This document shows, piece after piece, positions 58,048 through 64,000 of a stretch of DNA of 64,000 bases. The notes beneath the pieces are model-generated. The model was not told the DNA's origin and did no database searches. It saw nothing but the letters and a program-made list of their open reading frames with translations. The stretch spans positions 14,044 through 78,043 of the forward strand of contig CAZGVB010000001.1 of the NCBI GenBank assembly GCA_964528825.1. Reading direction: 5' to 3'. Within the stretch, counting starts at the first letter, position 1; every line of letters begins with the position of its first letter. The DNA is from an uncultured Parasporobacterium sp. GTDB taxonomy: Bacteria; Bacillota; Clostridia; Lachnospirales; Lachnospiraceae. A program made the translations under genes and the position numbers.

Positions 58048-58286
58048 TATTTCTGATCACTGCCGAGAATTCTGACTTTTTGAGAATAAATCTCATCTAC
58101 GGCTATTGACAAAGGCTTAGATGTTGCATCATGATCTACAAGCGGTTCCGAGCCGTCAACGATCTGTCTTGCTCTCTTTGATGCAGCCATAACGATTGAA
58201 TATCTGCTTTGAACTACAGGTTCATTGCCGTCTTCGGCTCCTGTATTCACGGAATTTATTAAATCTGAATATGAAGGATGAAGCAT
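58047..58286 (-). CDS. rpoZ: RNA polymerase omega subunit (possible independent internal start within the fused ORF)
   Basis: The ATG at 58284-58286 is preceded by AGGAGAG. The 79-aa product begins MLHPSYSDLI... Confidence 0.6.
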   Translation of the reverse strand: MLHPSYSDLINSVNTGAEDGNEPVVQSRYSIVMAASKRARQIVDGSEPLVDHDATSKPLSIAVDEIYSQKVRILGSDQK

Positions 58287-58871
58287 AGTTTTCTCTCCTA
58301 AATTAAGTTTTTTATTGACTAAAACAATATTATGCAATAAATCGGCCGTTTTTTCAACTATATCATTTGTAATAATATAATCATATTGCTCTGCTTTTTT
58401 TATTTCTTCCCGTGCCTTTTCAAGGCGTCTTTCAATAACCTCAGGAGATTCTGTTCCTCTTGACTCAAGGCGATGCTTGAGTTCTTCCATGCTTGGAGCT
58501 TTAATAAATACCAAGATTGCCTCCGGCATTAATTTTTTTATCTGAAAAGCCCCGTTTGTTTCAATCTCAAGTATGATATTTATATTTTTTTTCAGTTTAT
58601 CGATCACCCATTTTTTAGGTGTTCCGTAGGAATGCTCAACATAATCTGCATGCTCAAGCAGATCGCCATTCTTAAGCATTTCTTCAAATTCTTCTTTTGA
58701 TTTGAAAAAATATTCCCTTCCGTCTACTTCGCCCTCTCGCGGGCTGCGTGTTGTTGCCGAGATAGAAAGCGCGTAATCATTTGGATATTTTTCAAGAAGT
58801 TTTTTTACTACGGTGCCCTTTCCGACTCCTGAAGCACCCGATAAAATTATAAGAATACCCGAATTATTCAA
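58047..58871 (-). CDS. gmk: Guanylate kinase fused in frame to RNA polymerase omega subunit
   Basis: Residues 1 to about 190 are Gmk (GASGVGKGT, TTRSPREGEVDGREYFF). The last 79 aa are RpoZ-like (SRYSIVMAASKRARQI). No stop codon lies between the two parts. Confidence 0.85.
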   Translation of the reverse strand: MNNSGILIILSGASGVGKGTVVKKLLEKYPNDYALSISATTRSPREGEVDGREYFFKSKEEFEEMLKNGDLLEHADYVEHSYGTPKKWVIDKLKKNINIILEIETNGAFQIKKLMPEAILVFIKAPSMEELKHRLESRGTESPEVIERRLEKAREEIKKAEQYDYIITNDIVEKTADLLHNIVLVNKKLNLGEKTMLHPSYSDLINSVNTGAEDGNEPVVQSRYSIVMAASKRARQIVDGSEPLVDHDATSKPLSIAVDEIYSQKVRILGSDQK

Positions 58872-59742
58872 TGTTTTGCACCTGCTCTCTTATCTTTTCT
58901 ATACAAGTTTTAAGTGAAATTCCGCAATCGGTTACCTCGATATCATTTGATTTTGAAAGTATAGTATTTGCCTCTCGGTTCATCTCCTGTGCGAGAAAAT
59001 CAAGATTCCTTCCTATATCTTTCTCCTGCTTCAATATTTTTCGCATGTGTTTTATATGAGTGGACAATCTTACAAGTTCCTCGTCGATCGCTATCTTATC
59101 CGCATATATCGTGACTTCAGCTGCGATTCTGCCTTCATCGATCTTTCCGTCATCAATAAATTGAGAAACCTTTTCTTTGAGTTTGTTTTTAAACTCTTCT
59201 ATTATACTCGGCAGCCGTTCCTGGATAAATGCAACATATCCGTCCATTTCATTAAGTTTTTCGGATATATTTAATCCAAGTTCTTCTCCTTCACTTCCTC
59301 TTGACTCAACAAAGGCGGCGAGTGCGCCCTCTAGTGTCGGATGCAGCACAGACCAAAGTGCATTTTCGTCCTCCTCATCCTCTTCAATTGTCAGAACATC
59401 CGGGCTCTTTGCGATCAATGCAATATTAATATCTCCCTGCAGTGTAAGATCCTCCTTAAGACATAGCAGCTTATCATAATATTCTGCAGCAAGCGCTTTG
59501 TTATATTTTACTCTCTCGCTTGAACGATCTGCTCTTTCATACGTTATATAGATATCTACCTTTCCCCTGCTTGCGTATTTTTTAAGGACATTACGTATTT
59601 CAGGTTCAAACGGATTAAATACTCTCGGCATTTTCACTGATGCATCCAGATATTTATGATTTACGGATTTCACTTCTACCGTTATTTTTCCTTTTTCGTT
59701 TGTATTAACACATCGCCCGAAGCCTGTCATACTTTTTATCAT
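58864..59742 (-). CDS. yicC: YicC/YloC-family stress-induced protein
   Basis: It begins MIKSMTGFGR and has the C-terminal DUF1732 pattern (GRNLDFLAQEMNREANTILSKS). It lies upstream of gmk as in many Firmicutes. Confidence 0.85.
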   Translation of the reverse strand: MIKSMTGFGRCVNTNEKGKITVEVKSVNHKYLDASVKMPRVFNPFEPEIRNVLKKYASRGKVDIYITYERADRSSERVKYNKALAAEYYDKLLCLKEDLTLQGDINIALIAKSPDVLTIEEDEEDENALWSVLHPTLEGALAAFVESRGSEGEELGLNISEKLNEMDGYVAFIQERLPSIIEEFKNKLKEKVSQFIDDGKIDEGRIAAEVTIYADKIAIDEELVRLSTHIKHMRKILKQEKDIGRNLDFLAQEMNREANTILSKSNDIEVTDCGISLKTCIEKIREQVQNIE

Positions 59743-59860
59743 TCAATGTTACCTCTGTTTCTTTTTTTTATTTTTTCTTTTATTCTGTTTTTTTTAACTT
59801 AAGTATTTTTTGAATCAACTTAAGCTCATATAGCTAATCTGATGAAAAACATCTTTTTGA

Positions 59861-61318
59861 TCAATATGGAAAATAATGATCAAACACTTGCTTGGCGACC
59901 GAAATACCCGTCATGCCGGCTTCTTGAGTATTTTCGATCATTGCACATACAACTATCGCCCTGCCGTTACTTTCCGCGAATCCCGTAAACCATGAATGAT
60001 CATGATTCTCTGACTTATTGCTCAAGGTTTCGGCCGTCCCTGTCTTTCCGTATGCAAAGTAGTTGCCGTCATAACTCAATACGATACCGGTTCCGTCTGT
60101 TACAACAGCACGCATACAATCCTTCATAAATGACGCCTCATCGGATGACATCAGCTCCAAGTAGAGTTCGTTTTCGAATTCTTTTACCACATTCCCTTCG
60201 CTGTCGGTAATCGCATTTACTAAATGCGGTGTCATAAGTCTTCCTTCATTTGCAACAGCACAGGTAAAAAGAGCTAAATGAAGCGGTGATGTAAGAGTAT
60301 CTCCCTGACCAAATGCAGTTTGTGCTGCCTTAAAGGCTGAATCCGAAGCATCAAGTGAAAAACTGCTTTGATTATATTCTATATCGATGTCAATATCCGA
60401 GTTAAACAGCAAATCGACATTATCGTTATAGAAGCTGTTTATATCAAGGCTTAAACCTATTTCCGAAAACGCACAATTGCAGGAATGAGCAAATGAGCTT
60501 TTAAGATCCATAGTGCCATGTGCGGTACCGTTGGGGCAACCGAATGTCTGCCCGTCTACTGTAATATATCCCGTACAATTATAACTGAAATCGGAAATAT
60601 TGCCTTCATTTTCTCTGTAATATTCAAGCAGCGTAAACATTTTAAATGTCGAACCGGGTGTCGATGTTGCCTGAGTAGCCCTGTTTAACAATATACTGTT
60701 ATCAGAATCGGAAACTATGGTGTCCCATGCTTCTTCTATATAATTCGGATCATAATCCGGCTTGGAGACCATGGCCAGTATATCTCCGGAATAAGGATCC
60801 ATGGCAATAACTGCCCCCTCATTTTCTCCCAATATATCATTTATCTTATTTTGCAGCTCCAGATCCAAGGTTGTAATGATATTGTCACCTTTTACCTTTG
60901 TACCGCCGAATTCACTGTATATCTTTTTTAATATATTTTCATGTGATGACAAAAGATAATAATTATAGGATGATTCAAGTCCCATACCGCCGTTTTGCTC
61001 ATAGCCTACCGCATGGAAAAAGTTCGATCCATAAGGATATACCCTTACCTCATCCCCGTTTTCATCTGTTGTCGTATATGCGAGTATATTACCGTCAGAG
61101 GAGTAAATAGATCCGCGCAAGACCTTCTCCTTTAATACATCGGACCGCCTGTTATATTTATTATTTATAGCCGAGCTTGCATCAAATATCTGATACTTAG
61201 CCAAAAAGAAAATCAACGCAAAGAAAAGCAGTGAAAAGAATATTGAGACCTTAAAGATATCTTGGTTGATCATCTTTTTAATATTGACTTTTTTTTCTTT
61301 ATTATCTTCCTTTTTCAT
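59861..61318 (-). CDS. Class B penicillin-binding protein (PbpA/FtsI-family transpeptidase)
   Basis: It has an N-terminal TM. The motifs are TPGSTFK (SxxK), HSCN (SxN) and GKTGTAE (KTG). Confidence 0.85.
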   Translation of the reverse strand: MKKEDNKEKKVNIKKMINQDIFKVSIFFSLLFFALIFFLAKYQIFDASSAINNKYNRRSDVLKEKVLRGSIYSSDGNILAYTTTDENGDEVRVYPYGSNFFHAVGYEQNGGMGLESSYNYYLLSSHENILKKIYSEFGGTKVKGDNIITTLDLELQNKINDILGENEGAVIAMDPYSGDILAMVSKPDYDPNYIEEAWDTIVSDSDNSILLNRATQATSTPGSTFKMFTLLEYYRENEGNISDFSYNCTGYITVDGQTFGCPNGTAHGTMDLKSSFAHSCNCAFSEIGLSLDINSFYNDNVDLLFNSDIDIDIEYNQSSFSLDASDSAFKAAQTAFGQGDTLTSPLHLALFTCAVANEGRLMTPHLVNAITDSEGNVVKEFENELYLELMSSDEASFMKDCMRAVVTDGTGIVLSYDGNYFAYGKTGTAETLSNKSENHDHSWFTGFAESNGRAIVVCAMIENTQEAGMTGISVAKQVFDHYFPY

Positions 61319-61336
61319 GATCTTCCGTAATCATAA

Positions 61337-62791
61337 TTATTCTGTTCTTTTTCCGTCATCTTCGTCACATATATCTTCTGGATCAACAAGGATTATCCTA
61401 TCCTGTATGTCATTATGATCGTCTGTATCTAATGATATTTCGTCATCTGATATCTCGCTTATGCGATTCTCATTAGCCTCGGATATAACATAAAGTCCTT
61501 GGATAACTGCAACCAGAACCATTGACGCGACAAGAGAGCTTCCTCCGCTTGAGATAAAAGGCAGATTGATCCCTGTAGATGGTATAAATTTGATGGCACC
61601 GCCGATCTCAAGAAATACCTGAAAAGCATATACCGCTCCAAGGCCGAATGCAAGCAGCTTATAAAAAGGCTTTGAAACCTTAAGCGCAACACGAAAGATC
61701 ATTAATGTGAAGCACAAACAAAGCAGTATTAAAAATACAGCAAATACAGAACCCAGTTCCTCGGCAATAGCTGAAAAAACAAAATCATTGGTTACCATCG
61801 GTACATATGTCGGCATGCCTGCATAAAGACCAAGTCCCAGCCACCCGCCTGTGCCTATTGCAAATAGTGATTGCGTTATCTGATATCCCCTATTGTCTAT
61901 ATCCGACCATGGGTTAAGCCATACATCCACCCTTACTCTGACATGGCTGAAGAGCAAATATGCAACAACACATGCAGCGGCAAAGGCTACGATACAGATT
62001 ACAAGATAAAGGATTTTTTTGGTCGCGACAAAAAGCATCATTACATATGCCACGGCAAGAATAAGCGCGGTTCCGAGTTCGGTACATACAACAAGGATCA
62101 AAATATACGATGCCGCGCAAATCGCAGTTATCAAAACATGTTTAAAATCATTGGCCTTATTAAAGGCCGCAGCAGTAAAGAAAACAAATAGTATCTTTGT
62201 AAATTCAAAAGGCTGTACGGACACAAAACCCAGATCTATAGATATCTTTGCGCCATAGCTTAGTTTTGCAAAAATAAATACTATAAGTAAAAGGCAAAGA
62301 CCCATTATGTAGTAAAGCCAGGTCAGCTTGTAAAGAAAAGAAACCTTTTTGCAAAGAAGCGCAGCAATGATATATATAAACGTAGAGACTGTAATAAAGA
62401 TAAAATGTTTCCTGCCTGTCGCAAAGGAAAGCCTTGTCTGTATAACAAAGCCAATAGTTATGAGCATGCACATACAATTATTTATAGCCTTGCTCAGTCT
62501 TACGATATGCGGAAGCACATATATGATAAATATGAGATAAAGCAATTGAAGAGCATATAAAATTGCGACCGATGTTTTACCGATATCACCCGCATTTCCG
62601 GCTGCCGCATTCAAAAATATACAGAAAAAAGAGAAAAAATGAACGGCAATGATAAGAACACCCTGCAGCCGTAACGTTATCTGCTCTTTAGCCTGCACAA
62701 TACTTTTTTGCGTCAAAAAAGAAATACAGGAAAATATTGCAAATAAAAAAATTATGAAATATTTGGCAATCGCAAGTGCTATCTCATACAT
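61337..62791 (-). CDS. FtsW/RodA/SpoVE (SEDS) family protein with N-terminal extra TMs and acidic tail
   Basis: SEDS motifs are present ([42 protein letters not shown]). It pairs with the downstream bPBP gene. Confidence 0.8.
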   Translation of the reverse strand: MYEIALAIAKYFIIFLFAIFSCISFLTQKSIVQAKEQITLRLQGVLIIAVHFFSFFCIFLNAAAGNAGDIGKTSVAILYALQLLYLIFIIYVLPHIVRLSKAINNCMCMLITIGFVIQTRLSFATGRKHFIFITVSTFIYIIAALLCKKVSFLYKLTWLYYIMGLCLLLIVFIFAKLSYGAKISIDLGFVSVQPFEFTKILFVFFTAAAFNKANDFKHVLITAICAASYILILVVCTELGTALILAVAYVMMLFVATKKILYLVICIVAFAAACVVAYLLFSHVRVRVDVWLNPWSDIDNRGYQITQSLFAIGTGGWLGLGLYAGMPTYVPMVTNDFVFSAIAEELGSVFAVFLILLCLCFTLMIFRVALKVSKPFYKLLAFGLGAVYAFQVFLEIGGAIKFIPSTGINLPFISSGGSSLVASMVLVAVIQGLYVISEANENRISEISDDEISLDTDDHNDIQDRIILVDPEDICDEDDGKRTE

Positions 62792-63791
62792 GTTCCAAAC
62801 CCAAATGACTGAAGGCCAGATCTGTAACCACTCTTCCTCTCGGTGTCCTGTTTATAAACCCTTTTTTTACAAGATAAGGCTCATATACATCTTCCAGTGT
62901 GCCGGGATCCTCACCTATAGCAGCCGCTAATGTGTCAAGTCCCACAGGTCCTCCGGCAAATTTATCTATCATTATTCTCAATATCTGTCTGTCTGTCATA
63001 TCCAGACCTTCACTGTCGATATCAAGCAAATTGAGTGCTTCGTCAGTAATATTTTTATCTATATATCCGTCATATCTTACCTGAGCATAGTCTCTCACTC
63101 TTTTAAGCATCCTGTTCGCAATACGAGGCGTTCCGCGGCTTCTTCGTCCAATCTCCAAAGCTCCATCGCTGTCAATCTCCACGCCCAGCTTTTTTGCCGA
63201 ATTTTTTACGATTGTTGCCAGCTCACTTGGCTCATAAAACTGCATCCTGCTCACAACGCCAAAACGATCCCTCAAAGGTGCCGAAAGAAGTCCTGCTCTC
63301 GTGGTGGCACCTATAAGAGTAAAATGTGGAAGCTCGATATGTATAGTATCTGCAGCGCTGCCTTTTCCGGTCACGACATCAATCGCAAAATCCTCCATGG
63401 CAGAATACAGTGTCTCCTCAACCGGTTTATTTAATCTGTGGATCTCATCGATAAAAAGCACATCACCTTCGCCAAGTCGTCTGATGATTGCTGCGATCTC
63501 GCCCGGTATCTCTATAGCCGGCCCTGAAATAACTCTGAGATGAGCATTCATTTCATTGGCAATGATACCCGCAAGTGTCGTTTTACCAAGTCCCGGCGGA
63601 CCATAAAAAAGCAGATGATCCAGCGGATCACCTCTTTTTTTCGCTGCTTCAATATATATCTGCAGTGTTTCTTTGATCTTCTCCTGCCCAATATAATCCT
63701 TTAATTTCTTAGGCCTGAGATTATCCTCGAGCATCACCTCTACAGCATTATTTATAGATGTATTTATCGTATGATTTCTATCTTTTGCCAT
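62784..63791 (-). CDS. ruvB: Holliday junction branch migration helicase RuvB
   Basis: It reads [17 protein letters not shown], Walker [10 protein letters not shown], Walker [10 protein letters not shown] and RTPRGRV. Confidence 0.95.
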   Translation of the reverse strand: MAKDRNHTINTSINNAVEVMLEDNLRPKKLKDYIGQEKIKETLQIYIEAAKKRGDPLDHLLFYGPPGLGKTTLAGIIANEMNAHLRVISGPAIEIPGEIAAIIRRLGEGDVLFIDEIHRLNKPVEETLYSAMEDFAIDVVTGKGSAADTIHIELPHFTLIGATTRAGLLSAPLRDRFGVVSRMQFYEPSELATIVKNSAKKLGVEIDSDGALEIGRRSRGTPRIANRMLKRVRDYAQVRYDGYIDKNITDEALNLLDIDSEGLDMTDRQILRIMIDKFAGGPVGLDTLAAAIGEDPGTLEDVYEPYLVKKGFINRTPRGRVVTDLAFSHLGLEHV

Positions 63792-63801
63792 TGCATTTAT
63801 G

Positions 63802-64000
63802 TCATTCTATGATACTGAGTGCATTTCCAATCAGTTCGGATACAGTCATGTTCTCCGTATTTTCAAGCCTATTGAGTGCGTTCAAGGCAGAGCTCCTTGT
63901 AAATCCGAGAGCCTCGAGTGCATCAATTGCCTCAGAAAATGTCGAACTTGCCTTTTGTATTGTACCTGCCGCAGATTGTGTTCCAGCATGTTGAAGCTTA
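63802..64000 (-). CDS. ruvA: Holliday junction DNA helicase RuvA, C-terminal fragment (5' part lies outside the window)
   Basis: Minus-strand translation gives ...[49 protein letters not shown], which is RuvA domain III. It sits immediately upstream of ruvB. Confidence 0.85.
   Translation of the reverse strand, partial: KLQHAGTQSAAGTIQKASSTFSEAIDALEALGFTRSSALNALNRLENTENMTVSELIGNALSIIE

Noticed and set aside
59800-59836. Two ACTTAAG(T) palindromes able to form a hairpin downstream of the bPBP gene.
   Set aside because: On the transcribed (minus) strand the stem is AT-rich and is followed by an A-run rather than a U-run, so it is not a convincing intrinsic terminator.

Overview
This window looks like chromosomal DNA from a low-GC Firmicute, with Clostridia or Lachnospiraceae-like gene content and order. 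It is densely coding and mostly housekeeping. Reading left to right it holds: the mutL 3' end and miaA; radC-mreB-mreC-mreD-mrdA(PBP2)-rodA-mgsA with no minCDE; two uncharacterised genes; yggS-sepF-lspA-rluD; and a tyrosine recombinase with a heptad-repeat tail. A more accessory-looking stretch (about 16.4-25.3 kb) follows, with a lipoprotein Tyr-phosphatase, a PQ-loop protein plus a 72-aa protein, a DcuS/CitB-type two-component pair, a VanZ protein, an IS3-family remnant and a G/C-richer gene for a 764-aa membrane protein. After that come rlmD, pcrA, mgtE, tsf-rpsB, yfhO, tRNA-Thr(GGU), an aldehyde dehydrogenase and a minus-strand run of rex, two alanine racemase paralogues, a Nudix gene, a DUF3048 gene and rmuC. 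The window ends with maf, hydrolases, ABC-F, a PHP protein, an LtaS-like gene, LysR, patatin-plsC-pgsA, rimO, a gmk-rpoZ fused ORF, yicC, a second SEDS/bPBP pair, ruvB and a partial ruvA. No CRISPR array, rRNA, intact mobile element or recognisable defence system was seen. The strongest second-look candidate is the tandem alanine racemase pair: each copy has lost the opposite half of the composite active site, which predicts an obligate heterodimer with one functional site. Other notable items are the G/C-richer 764-aa membrane protein beside the IS3 scar, which abuts an amber-interrupted and truncated rlmD tail; a P-loop plus membrane-protein pair where min genes usually sit; a degenerate MreB; and a stop-less gmk-rpoZ fusion. 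All functional calls rest on motif recognition by eye, because no database search was possible.
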